A stretch of 63,021 nt of DNA from Candidatus Thorarchaeota archaeon (GTDB lineage: Archaea; Asgardarchaeota; Thorarchaeia; Thorarchaeales; Thorarchaeaceae), in the NCBI GenBank assembly GCA_048882045.1, contig JBHLRZ010000020.1:1-63021 (forward strand), read 5' to 3'. Position numbers and translations under genes: made by a program. The notes under the pieces are model-generated. The model was not told the DNA's origin and made no database searches. It saw nothing but the letters and a program-made list of their open reading frames with translations. Below, in pieces: positions 1 to 9,556 of the stretch. Every line of letters starts with the position of its first letter. Positions within the stretch are counted from its first letter, which is position 1.

Positions 1-297
1 TTGGCATTATCAATAATTGCCAAAGATTTCATTCTTGGAATATTTGAACCTCCCTACCCAGAAACTATAGATGAGCTGGAACTGTTGCCTCGTCTGGAAA
101 TTCTCCCATATGAGTCGATAGCACTATTCAGTGACTTTGAAAAATTAAAGATGAACAAAAATCTTTGGAAGATAGATGACAAATCACCTTTTTCTGCTTT
201 TAGAAAGAACGCGAGTAGAGGTAATATCAAGTTTATCTTCGTTGGTAATCGTCCATTCAAGGATAGAAACTCTAGGTATAATGTTCTCCGACTTTGA
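1..297 (+). CDS. C-terminal part of a hypothetical protein (truncated by window start)
   Basis: Open frame from base 1 to TGA at 297; no recognisable motif. Confidence 0.5.
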   Translation: MALSIIAKDFILGIFEPPYPETIDELELLPRLEILPYESIALFSDFEKLKMNKNLWKIDDKSPFSAFRKNASRGNIKFIFVGNRPFKDRNSRYNVLRL

Positions 298-374
298 ATA
301 TGACTCAAGATAATCGGAAACCCACCAGTGACTATCAAGATTACCTTCGTGATGAACATTTCATCTGAGCCACT

Positions 375-590
375 TTACCAGTATCCGCATGTGAAGGGAC
401 AGGTTCCTGATACTCTAGCATCTCGCATACAAGGTGGTGAATCTAACATCTCTTTCCAAATTCGTGTATAGCATCGTGCTCTCTCAATATCAAGTTCTCT
501 GGGTCTAGAGAGCATTCTGTTTCTAATCTTTAGAACGCGATCAGAAGGAATTCCCTCTAACGGAATCATTCTATATTCCTGAATTGTCAT
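375..590 (-). pseudogene. N-terminal fragment of a glycyl-radical enzyme (PFL family)
   Basis: SDRVLKIRNRMLSRPRELDIERARCYTRIWKE..PPCMR.A resembles the PFL/GRE N-terminus (R..R.....ERA...T); only 71 aa versus about 800 aa for intact enzymes. Confidence 0.6.
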
Positions 591-798
591 GAAAGGTACA
601 ATATCATTCGGTCATTTAAATATCGAATCTAATTTTAGAAAATCTGCAAGCCCATTCCCAGACACTTCACAGACTGTTTATGGATGCTATCTTCTGAAGC
701 AAGACTTTTCTATCAGCTAGCGTATTGGAAATTTCAAAAGCAGAGTTCTGACATCGATTGAAATGAAGGGAAGTAGGTGAATTATACTGAGTATTAGG

Positions 799-3189
799 GT
801 GACAGCTGAATCAAAAGATCCACTTTTCAAGGAACCATACTTGGATGTTGATGAGTGGAGGGATGAGCCTATACGCCATCGATATGTCCACGGAGGTTTC
901 AAAGGTACTGATGCACGATTCTCGTTCTACTTCCCATCAAAGGAACAATATGAGGGAAGGTTCTTCCAGTATATTCAACCGATTTCTGGTGATGAGCATA
1001 CGGCAGAAACACCAGGTGCGCAGTCTTCAAGCTACTCGATAGGCTTTGCCATCGATAGCGGTGGCTATCTTGTGATATCAAACTTGGGTAGGATGGACAT
1101 GTTCACGGGAGATGATCCTACTATCGTTGGATATAGGACCAGTGCTGCAGTGGCAAAGTATTCTCGTGTCTTGGCTTCTGAGATGTATGGCGACCACCGT
1201 CCCTTTGGCTATGCTTGGGGAGGAAGTGGCGGGGCATTCAAGACTATCAGTTGTTTCGAGAACACAGAAGGCATCTGGGACGGTGTTGTCCCATTTATCC
1301 ACGCGACACCAATAGCCATTCCCCACAACTTCTCAGTACAGGCTCATGCGATGCGGATATTGAAAGATAGGATGCCCTCCATCGTCGATGCAGTAGAGCC
1401 TGGTGGTAGCGGTGATATGTATGCTAGCCTAAACGAAGAGGAACGTGCTGCTCTTGAAGAAGTGACTATGATGGGGTTCCCGCCGCGTGCATGGTTCCAC
1501 TATAGGATGATTGCGTTCGGCTACACAGGAGTATTGACCTCCCTATTTGACCAGATAATTAAACGTGATCCCACCTATTTTGATGATTTTTGGAAAATAC
1601 CCGGCTACCTAGGCGCTGACAAACCCGAGTCTCTTGAGCCTTTTCGAATCCATCACGAAACTACCATCAACAAAACGTTGATGGCAAAAGACCTGATTGA
1701 GATGGGCATTCCAGTAGCTTATTCTGCTGGAGCAAAAGGGGACATTGAAGTCCCTGCTGCATTGATGATAGATGATTTGCCAGAGGACGACCTTCAAGGA
1801 GCTTCAATATTCGTGAAAAGTGGTGATGCCGAGGGTCGTGTATGTTACATTGCAGGGGGATTTGATAAAATGGTCATGATTGGCTTTGGCGAAGAACACT
1901 TTCGTGGTCTGGCTGGTCTCAAGACTGGGGACAAAATAGAGATTGACAACTCGGTGTATCTTGCTTCTCAAACATATCATCGCCATCAGCTCCCTTCACG
2001 TGAATACTATGTCTATGATTATTTCAGAGATGCAGATGGTAATCCTCTGTACCCGCAGCGACCTACGGAGTTTAGAGCTGATACAGGTGCTGGTTCTATC
2101 CAATCAGGAAAGTTCAAGGGCAAGATGATTGTTGTACAGATGATTACAGACGAGATCGCCTATGCATGGCAGGCTGACTGGTATGGCTCCAAGGTGAAAG
2201 CCGCTCTGGGAGATCGTTTTGGAGATAATTACCGACTCTGGTATATTGACAATGCACTTCATACACCACCAGTAATCACTCCCCTAGACATCCCTCCAGC
2301 CATAACAACCAGAATGATCAATTATGGTGGTGTGTTGCAGCAAGCACTGCGCGACGTGGCTGCATGGGCTGAAAAGGGTGTGGCTCCGATTGAGAGCACT
2401 ACGTATAAGGTAGTAGATGGTCAAGTGCAAGTTCCACCCAAAGCTTCGGATCGTAAGGGCCTTCAACCGGTGATTACTGTTACAGCAAACGGAGGAAAAC
2501 GTACAGAGGTCAAGGAAGGGAAGAAGGTCAAGTTTGAAGCAGTTATAGAAGCACCACCAGATGCTGGAACGATCGTAGATGCTGAATGGGACTTCGAGGG
2601 AGAAGGAGACTACCCGGTAGTGCAGAAACTCAAAGATACAAAGAGTACTCGGGTCAATGTGAAAACCACCTACACCTTCTCTGAGAGCGGTACATATTTC
2701 CCAGCACTTCGTGCAACACTACATCGACAGGGTGACCCTCAAACCCCCTATGCGCGAGTACAGAATATAGGACGAGTAAAGGTGGTGGTGCATGAAGACG
2801 AGAAAAGGAAGGGCAAGAAGAAGAGCAAAGATGGCAAGGAACTGATTCTCGAGTTGGAAAAGCTACCAATCGATTTACAGAATTTTATGGACAGGTTCGT
2901 CGAAACAGTAACTCAACGAACTACCGTAGTGCAGGGGGTGGAAATTTCAACCATTGAAATAGGTCCCAGAACTGACCGTTCTACAAAATTCCAGCTAATT
3001 CCTGACTCTCCTATCAAAACCATCTACACCGTTACCTTGGATGATATTGACTCAGGTGTTGGAGTTTTCATTGAACTTGAGATTGAAGTCGGAGGGGCAT
3101 ACAGATTAGCGAAGAAGACCATCCAAAAAGCAATGTCCAAAAGTATTGCTGAAAATACGATAGAAGTAATCAATGAGATTTTAGGGTAA
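799..3189 (+). CDS. Tannase-like alpha/beta hydrolase with PKD-like domain and extra C-terminal SRPBCC-like domain
   Basis: GGSGG nucleophile-elbow motif; EWDFEGEGDY...YTFSESGTYFPALR PKD-like segment; Lys-rich linker followed by a ~110-aa alpha/beta domain. Confidence 0.6.
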   Translation: MTAESKDPLFKEPYLDVDEWRDEPIRHRYVHGGFKGTDARFSFYFPSKEQYEGRFFQYIQPISGDEHTAETPGAQSSSYSIGFAIDSGGYLVISNLGRMDMFTGDDPTIVGYRTSAAVAKYSRVLASEMYGDHRPFGYAWGGSGGAFKTISCFENTEGIWDGVVPFIHATPIAIPHNFSVQAHAMRILKDRMPSIVDAVEPGGSGDMYASLNEEERAALEEVTMMGFPPRAWFHYRMIAFGYTGVLTSLFDQIIKRDPTYFDDFWKIPGYLGADKPESLEPFRIHHETTINKTLMAKDLIEMGIPVAYSAGAKGDIEVPAALMIDDLPEDDLQGASIFVKSGDAEGRVCYIAGGFDKMVMIGFGEEHFRGLAGLKTGDKIEIDNSVYLASQTYHRHQLPSREYYVYDYFRDADGNPLYPQRPTEFRADTGAGSIQSGKFKGKMIVVQMITDEIAYAWQADWYGSKVKAALGDRFGDNYRLWYIDNALHTPPVITPLDIPPAITTRMINYGGVLQQALRDVAAWAEKGVAPIESTTYKVVDGQVQVPPKASDRKGLQPVITVTANGGKRTEVKEGKKVKFEAVIEAPPDAGTIVDAEWDFEGEGDYPVVQKLKDTKSTRVNVKTTYTFSESGTYFPALRATLHRQGDPQTPYARVQNIGRVKVVVHEDEKRKGKKKSKDGKELILELEKLPIDLQNFMDRFVETVTQRTTVVQGVEISTIEIGPRTDRSTKFQLIPDSPIKTIYTVTLDDIDSGVGVFIELEIEVGGAYRLAKKTIQKAMSKSIAENTIEVINEILG

Positions 3190-3238
3190 ATTGATACTAT
3201 CCTAGATTCCAACCTAGTTCAATGATCAATCGCAGGGT

Positions 3239-4969
3239 CTACTCATCCAAAGGTATGAAACCGTCAAGCGATGCAAGAACTTTCTCGCGCTCTGGTTCTT
3301 CGAGTTCAGAGTTTACAAGGTCTACCACATCTTGAGTAGTGACCTTTTCTTTCAAATAGGATATTCGCAGTTCATTTATCCCTGCATCAAGGACAATTGT
3401 CCTGTCAAGCCCTTCAGTGTTGTCCCAGACAGGCCAGACAGGCAAGTCTTCATCGTTAGGGTTCCCTGTTCTAGCGAAACTTGCTAGATACTTCATGCAA
3501 AGGTCGGTCAATTTCTCACGGCCTGGTTCGTTTTGTTTTGTATGTGTCTTCCCCATTAATAATGCCAAATCAGCCTCCCCCATTCCCAAGAAGAAGGGAA
3601 TCTCTGATGCATGATGTGCTCCAAAATCACGACCCTTGTTTCCAGGAAGAACACTGACTCCATCTTCGTCCATACTTCCCCAGTCGAATCTATAGACGTA
3701 AACAGGTACATCACTACGAGAAGTCATCTCAGTCACTACTTCATACACACCATTTGCATGCCATAGCATTGAATTGTATTTCCAGACCAAATCATATTCT
3801 CGTGTTCTCAATGGTGGATCCTTTCTGAACCACCCAAAGAGCTTCATTTCATCCTTCGTGCATCCAATAATTACCGGAACCTTGTTTGCCCACTCTCCGG
3901 ATGAAAAGATGTCATAACCTTCCTTTGGAATCACTGAGCCATCAATGAAGATTGTTCGCCAATCGGCCATTCCAAATTCTCTGGTAGGGATGGTCTTCAT
4001 GATTGTAAACGCAGATTTCGACCTCAGATACGAGTTGATGTCCTCATCACGCATATGGTCAAGAACTTGCCAAGCTTCTTCTTCAGTCCTAGCTTTTCCA
4101 TCCTTCACTAGTAGAGCTGCAAGTAGCTCGCTGCTCTGGGCTGCTGCGGTATCAGGACTCCAAGCTAAAGAAAGCCCACTCTCAACAACCGCACGGTGAA
4201 AGAGACCCTTTGCTAATGGAGAAATGAGAAGGGATAGGACATTGAAAGCTCCCCCAGATTCTCCAGCTACAGTGACATTGTTTGGATCTCCTCCAAAAGC
4301 TCTGATATTGTCTCGTACCCACTCTAAAGCCTTCACTAGATCAAGAGTCCCGTAATTGCCGCTCTGGTCTTCTGGTGAACCACTATTAGTCACAGCAGGG
4401 TGAAGAAACCATCCCATTGCACCGATGCGGAAGTTTACAGACACATACACCATGTTTGATTTCTCAGCCACTGCATTGCCATAGTATGATTTTGTGTCAG
4501 AAGATCCGATAGAATTCCCTCCGCCATGAATGTAGAGGTAAACTGGTAAATCGGTTGTTGGGCTTTTGGGCCGCCAGATATTGAGATAAAGACAGTCTTC
4601 TGAACCCAATGAACCTAGGATAAGCATTACTTGGGCTGCAGAGTTCCCAAATTTCCTTGTCTTACGTATTCCAAGCCAGGGGACAGGATCGAGTGGTGCT
4701 TTCCACCTGAGTTCTCCCACTGGGGGCGTTGCGTATGGAATCCCTTTCCAGCACCATACGTTTTCTTCTGAACGACCAGACACATTACCATATGTCGTTT
4801 GGACCACTGCATCATCATTCCAATCACCCAGTTCGTACATATGGTCAGATGGTTTCGGTGCGAAACGTCGTTTGATAGGTTCAGAAACAGCTCGTTTCAC
4901 TGAATTGCTCATTCTTATTATTGGGGAAAATAAAAGCCCTAATTTCATCATTCGTGACACTTTTCGCAC
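3239..4969 (-). CDS. Carboxylesterase type B
   Basis: KGIPYA..P.G.LRW, SEDCLYLNIW, HGGG, GESGG catalytic Ser, GAHHASE catalytic His. Confidence 0.92.
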   Translation of the reverse strand: MRKVSRMMKLGLLFSPIIRMSNSVKRAVSEPIKRRFAPKPSDHMYELGDWNDDAVVQTTYGNVSGRSEENVWCWKGIPYATPPVGELRWKAPLDPVPWLGIRKTRKFGNSAAQVMLILGSLGSEDCLYLNIWRPKSPTTDLPVYLYIHGGGNSIGSSDTKSYYGNAVAEKSNMVYVSVNFRIGAMGWFLHPAVTNSGSPEDQSGNYGTLDLVKALEWVRDNIRAFGGDPNNVTVAGESGGAFNVLSLLISPLAKGLFHRAVVESGLSLAWSPDTAAAQSSELLAALLVKDGKARTEEEAWQVLDHMRDEDINSYLRSKSAFTIMKTIPTREFGMADWRTIFIDGSVIPKEGYDIFSSGEWANKVPVIIGCTKDEMKLFGWFRKDPPLRTREYDLVWKYNSMLWHANGVYEVVTEMTSRSDVPVYVYRFDWGSMDEDGVSVLPGNKGRDFGAHHASEIPFFLGMGEADLALLMGKTHTKQNEPGREKLTDLCMKYLASFARTGNPNDEDLPVWPVWDNTEGLDRTIVLDAGINELRISYLKEKVTTQDVVDLVNSELEEPEREKVLASLDGFIPLDE

Positions 4970-5061
4970 CTGAGGCTATTACATCATTACTTTCAGGTGC
5001 AACGACACCATGATAATTGTTTTCCTCAAATAACAACATTTTTTGAAGTGCTATTCATTCA

Positions 5062-5982
5062 GTGAAATCCGAAGTGATGATTCCGATGAAAGCGGCTGTT
5101 GTGACGAAATTTGGACCTCCAGAAGGAGTTCAGATTCAAGAGATAGAACAACCTGAACCCAAGTCCAATGAAATTCTGATTAGGAACCATGCAACTACCG
5201 TCACTTATGGTGATGCAGCACTTCGCAGGATGAGATTTCCAGTAAGAGCAGTCTTTGGTCTTTTCATGGGGGGGTTAGGAAAAGGCAAGGTACTTGGCCA
5301 TGAGTTTGCAGGAACGATAGAATCTGTTGGCAACGACGTGACTCGGTTCAAACCAGGGGACCAGGTCTTTGGATCTGCAGGAATGAAAGGCGGGGCTCAT
5401 GCTGAATACATATGCTTGCCTCGAGATTCGATGGTGGCAATCAAGCCTAGTACAATGACCTTCGAACAAGCCGCTGCTGTTCCGATAGGAGGTAACACAG
5501 CTTTGCACATTCTCAAGAGCGCGAACATACAAAAATATGACAAAGTCTTGGTCTATGGGGCATCAGGCTCTGTGGGGAGTTATGCTGTTCAACTGGCAAA
5601 ATACTGGGGCGCAGAGGTCACAGCAGTATGTAGTTCAGGGAATTTTGACATGGTTAGAGAAATAGGTGCCACGACTCTGATTGACTACAGAACAACAGAT
5701 TTTACACAATCTGAAGAAAAATACGATGTCATTTTTGATGCTGTACGAAAACTCTCTTCTTCCAAATGCGCGGGATCATTGAAAGAAGATGGACAGTTCC
5801 TATCATCAAGATCTTCAACAGAGGAGAAGGTTGAAAATCTAATCTTTCTCAGAGAGCTTATTGAAGCTGGGAAAATGAAAGCTGTGATTGATAGAACCTT
5901 CACGTTGGAGGAGATTACTGAGGCTCACAGACTTGTTGATTCTGAGAGAAAGAAAGGCAACGTAGTAATCACAATTGAGTGA
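5062..5982 (+). CDS. NAD(P)-dependent alcohol dehydrogenase / quinone oxidoreductase-like (MDR family)
   Basis: GHEFAG, GASGSVG nucleotide-binding motif, KGNVVI end; start may be the ATG at 5086. Confidence 0.9.
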   Translation: MKSEVMIPMKAAVVTKFGPPEGVQIQEIEQPEPKSNEILIRNHATTVTYGDAALRRMRFPVRAVFGLFMGGLGKGKVLGHEFAGTIESVGNDVTRFKPGDQVFGSAGMKGGAHAEYICLPRDSMVAIKPSTMTFEQAAAVPIGGNTALHILKSANIQKYDKVLVYGASGSVGSYAVQLAKYWGAEVTAVCSSGNFDMVREIGATTLIDYRTTDFTQSEEKYDVIFDAVRKLSSSKCAGSLKEDGQFLSSRSSTEEKVENLIFLRELIEAGKMKAVIDRTFTLEEITEAHRLVDSERKKGNVVITIE

Positions 5983-6050
5983 TTTGACACACCATAGGTG
6001 AAATACGCAGTTGCAGCTGCTTATAATGAGATACCGAACCGTCATTTCTT

Positions 6051-6415
6051 ATGGATAGAATGGACTCAACCCTCCGTGTGTTTGTTAAGAGTAGGAAGGT
6101 GACGATAGAATCATCAGACCTAACTTGGGGAGGTAACAACTGTCGTCAACCCATGGGGACAGGCAAGGACAATAAGTCAGGAAAGGCAAGCGGGATATAT
6201 CCAGTAGATCACTTGATTTTGCTGGATGCTGTAGCTCGTGCGACGAATGAAACTGGAACAACCTTTGAAATTGTTGACATTGGTGTTTGGGGATTTCTCA
6301 AGAAACTCAAAAAAAAGGTTCGTCAAAGACTCCTCGGATTGAATACAATGGAGGAGTTCTAGAAGGCACTCCAACGGCAAGAGAGATAGTAGAGTTCATC
6401 ACTATGAACAATTGA
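6051..6415 (+). CDS. Hypothetical thioredoxin-fold-like protein interrupted by a -1 frameshift at an A8 tract
   Basis: The 0 frame stops at 6362; the -1 frame after A8 (6309-6316) reads GSSKTPRIEYNGGVLEGTPTAREIVEFITMNN* to 6415. Confidence 0.55.
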
Positions 6416-6429
6416 AAAGCCATACACAA

Positions 6430-7878
6430 TCAATTGGTAAACTTGTCAACTGAAACACCATGCTGAGATGCAATCTCTTTGAGTTGGATCTTCAATAATT
6501 TCTCCTCTTCATCTGGTAATCTAAAATGTTGGTCTTCATTGAGGTGTTGTGTCACAATTTCACTCGTTCTGGATAGGAGAGTCTTGGAACCACTTTCTAT
6601 CCAATTTTCAATACTCAACCTGTCAATAACAGCAGAGGGCATGAAATGTTCTGATCTCAGTTTCTTCGAGGTATGTTTCTGTCTTAGATAGTTTCCATCT
6701 GAACCAACCTTTGAGATTAGGTCAGTAACAATCTCAACAGAGTCTATGTCAAAACCTTTGATGAGTCGGTACGCACTTCCACATATCTCGTTATCAATGA
6801 CTAACTTCTCTAATGACTGACAGTTAAGGTGGGCAAGCATACCGGGACCAGATATGATATTGATTCGTGAAAGAGCTCCCAGTATCATTCCAAACCCAGA
6901 CTCAAATCCACTTTGTGCATCCACCATTTTTGAATCACTGGAACCAATGTACGAATGAGTTGGTATCCCATAATGCTTCCCAAGTTCTGCTGATGCACAA
7001 GAGGTAACCATCGCTTCTATTGCTCCAAATCGAGGAGTCGCATATTTCATATCGAATGATCCCGGAGCTCCTCCATAGATTATGGGAGACCCAGGATTTC
7101 TGAGCTGAGAAATGACAACACCTGCAAGAATCTCAGCATTAGTCTGTACAAGCGTACCATGAATTGTAACAGGACTCGTCGCCCCAGACAAAGGTGCAGG
7201 GACAATTGCAGCTGGGATCCCCGCAGCTGCACAATCCAAGAGGTTCTGACAGGCTGTATCACCCCATGTCAGTGGAGAGGTTGGACAGCAGTCAAATATT
7301 GATCTGGGTTTTTGGGCGAGTTCATCAGGTCCCGGCATCAAAGCTTCAAGCAAGTGCTTCATTTCAAGAATACCATTTTTTGAGAATGCTCCAGTAACAA
7401 TGGGTTTTGTTGAGTTCATCAATGTGAGATAGAGTCTGTAGTGTTCAGCGATAGGTTCTGGTACATCAAAAGGAACTAGTGCAGTACTTTGGAACTCAAT
7501 ATGCCTTAGACTTTCGACCAACTGTATTAATTCAACAACATCTGAAATGGTCCCTTTTCGAATCTCTTGAGTTCCTCTATCTTTGAAGTTTAACGCTGAA
7601 GAAGCTGGATTGAAGATTACCCTGTCTGCACCCACCTCCCAGGTTACCTTGCCATCGTAATTGAACATCCTGAAATTGGATGGGACTTTTTCTAAGCACT
7701 CCTCGACGAGGGATGAAGGGAACCTGAATATATCGCTATCAGGAGTACAACCAGTCTCTAAAAGCAAGTTTTGTGCAGCATCATTTGAAATTCGAACCCC
7801 TGTTTCTTTGAGCACACGCAAAGTCGATTCATGGATTGACTCCAAGTCATCATCTGTAAGGAATTGGATAGTAATCAT
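6430..7878 (-). CDS. mttB: Trimethylamine methyltransferase (MttB) superfamily protein, non-pyrrolysine type
   Basis: IHE.TLRVL.E.GV, SPL, GATSPVT..G.L.Q.NAE.LAG, SDSK..DAQ.G.E, EKLVIDNE; no in-frame TAG. Confidence 0.9.
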   Translation of the reverse strand: MITIQFLTDDDLESIHESTLRVLKETGVRISNDAAQNLLLETGCTPDSDIFRFPSSLVEECLEKVPSNFRMFNYDGKVTWEVGADRVIFNPASSALNFKDRGTQEIRKGTISDVVELIQLVESLRHIEFQSTALVPFDVPEPIAEHYRLYLTLMNSTKPIVTGAFSKNGILEMKHLLEALMPGPDELAQKPRSIFDCCPTSPLTWGDTACQNLLDCAAAGIPAAIVPAPLSGATSPVTIHGTLVQTNAEILAGVVISQLRNPGSPIIYGGAPGSFDMKYATPRFGAIEAMVTSCASAELGKHYGIPTHSYIGSSDSKMVDAQSGFESGFGMILGALSRINIISGPGMLAHLNCQSLEKLVIDNEICGSAYRLIKGFDIDSVEIVTDLISKVGSDGNYLRQKHTSKKLRSEHFMPSAVIDRLSIENWIESGSKTLLSRTSEIVTQHLNEDQHFRLPDEEEKLLKIQLKEIASQHGVSVDKFTN

Positions 7879-7975
7879 TGTCCTTCAGGTGACCATCTGG
7901 AACTTAAGTATTCACGATTCATGAAACAGGTAGACTGAAAAGACCTATTGACAGAGTTAATTTGGAGGAGTTCAA

Positions 7976-8461
7976 GTGGCTTTTGAGGATGATTACAGTT
8001 TTGCTCCACCTGAGAGTAGAACAGGACCCAAAGCGTTTACAGAATACAGCTTCAATGCTATCTTGGTGATGGTCGGACTTGTTGGATCGTTTCTAGCGAC
8101 GCTAGGCAGTGCATCAATAATCATCTTCTTCATGGTGGTTGTTTCATACTACCCAGGATCTATTTTTGACCCACTTATAATCCCAGGTTACATTGGAATA
8201 ATGATGATTCCTCTTGGAGTAGCGCAAGTCTATTACGCATGGAAAATACACACTGAGAATTTCAGAGACTTTCAGCGAATCATTGCTATTAGTGCAATTC
8301 TCATTATTCTGGTCTTTGCATCAATATTCTTCGCTGGATTCTGGATATTCATAATATTTCAGATTGTGATAGCACAAGTCTTTTTGAATATTCTAGTCGT
8401 GTTCTTCTTAAGCAAGAGTGAAGTACAGCAAGAATTCTATTGGGAGCAAGGAGGAGATTGA
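7976..8461 (+). CDS. Small 4-TM membrane protein
   Basis: Four hydrophobic segments; GGAGG Shine-Dalgarno upstream. Confidence 0.75.
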   Translation: MAFEDDYSFAPPESRTGPKAFTEYSFNAILVMVGLVGSFLATLGSASIIIFFMVVVSYYPGSIFDPLIIPGYIGIMMIPLGVAQVYYAWKIHTENFRDFQRIIAISAILIILVFASIFFAGFWIFIIFQIVIAQVFLNILVVFFLSKSEVQQEFYWEQGGD

Positions 8462-8464
8462 GAG

Positions 8465-8959
8465 ATGGCTTTTGAAGGAGAATATGGAGATTTTCAAACA
8501 GAGAAAAAACCTACCTCTGGAGCGATAACAACATGGGATACGAATCCGCTTTTCACATTCTTTGTGCAGCTAGTGTCAGGACTCATCCTTTTGGTTGAGT
8601 GGGGAATTGCATTAGCATTCATACCCTATATCCTGCAATTCGCCCCTGTAACTGGCCCAATCAATCCGGTTGGATTGGTCGTTATGGTACTCTTTGTACC
8701 AGTTGGTCTAGGTCAGGTCTATCTTGGATATCGACTTTACAAGAGAACACCGAAAACAATCAACCTATCATTCATGAGTGCTCTGTTGGTCATAGTCATG
8801 TCAGCGATACTCATCATATCAGGATTTATGACAAACTCAATGTCGGATCCCTCTCTACCACTCATTCAGATTGGGGCTAACCTAGTTCTAGCATACTTGT
8901 CAAGTCTTAGCGATGTTAAGGGCCATTTTGAGAGCGGAAGAACACCTCAAATAAGGTAA
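8465..8959 (+). CDS. Small 4-TM membrane protein, paralog of the upstream gene
   Basis: Same MAFE start, P.G..QVY motif and layout. Confidence 0.75.
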   Translation: MAFEGEYGDFQTEKKPTSGAITTWDTNPLFTFFVQLVSGLILLVEWGIALAFIPYILQFAPVTGPINPVGLVVMVLFVPVGLGQVYLGYRLYKRTPKTINLSFMSALLVIVMSAILIISGFMTNSMSDPSLPLIQIGANLVLAYLSSLSDVKGHFESGRTPQIR

Positions 8960-9042
8960 TTCTGCCCTCTTTGATTGACTGTAATACGTAAGCGGACCAT
9001 ATATTAGCGATAAAGTTAGTTTGAAAATTAATTCACACGAAT

Positions 9043-9447
9043 GTGGAGGGAAAAAACATAGCCGAAATACCAACACCAACCGCTGGTTATTCAGCACCTT
9101 CCGGTGAACGACCCCTAGGAGTAACCATTCTGGCAGTCCTAGAGATCATAGCAGGAGCACTTGGCTTGTTTGGAGCTATTACTCTGATTACAATTGGCGC
9201 AATGATTCCATGGCTTGGCGCATTTGCAGTGATTTTCGGAGTCGTAGTTCTATTCCTCGCCCTTATCGACCTTATCGTCGGTTGGGGCCTGTGGACACTC
9301 AAGTCGTGGGCCTGGATGGTTGCATTGATTGTCAATATCATTAACTTGATTCTCAATGCTGTCCAGTTCGCCTGGCTCGGTGCAATAATCAACTTGATCA
9401 TAATCATCTATCTGCAGCAGGGCGATATCAAGAGCCGCTTCAGGTAG
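9043..9447 (+). CDS. Small 4-TM membrane protein (RP.GVTILA family)
   Basis: RPLGVTILAVL, GWGLWTLKSWAW, IIIIYL...IK..F. Confidence 0.8.
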   Translation: MEGKNIAEIPTPTAGYSAPSGERPLGVTILAVLEIIAGALGLFGAITLITIGAMIPWLGAFAVIFGVVVLFLALIDLIVGWGLWTLKSWAWMVALIVNIINLILNAVQFAWLGAIINLIIIIYLQQGDIKSRFR

Positions 9448-9461
9448 AGCGACCATTTAGA

Positions 9462-9509
9462 GAGCATGTACCGGATTCGCGCGAATCCGGATGCTCCTTT
9501 CTTTTCTTT
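9462..9509 (+). terminator. Hairpin containing a perfect 20-bp palindrome, followed by a T-tract
   Basis: ccggattcgcgcgaatccgg at 9471-9490, flanked by gagcat/atgctc, then ctttcttttcttt. Confidence 0.65.
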
Positions 9510-9556
9510 GAATCCATAGTATTATTTTGAGGTTTATTTGGCAGAGAGTTTGTTAG

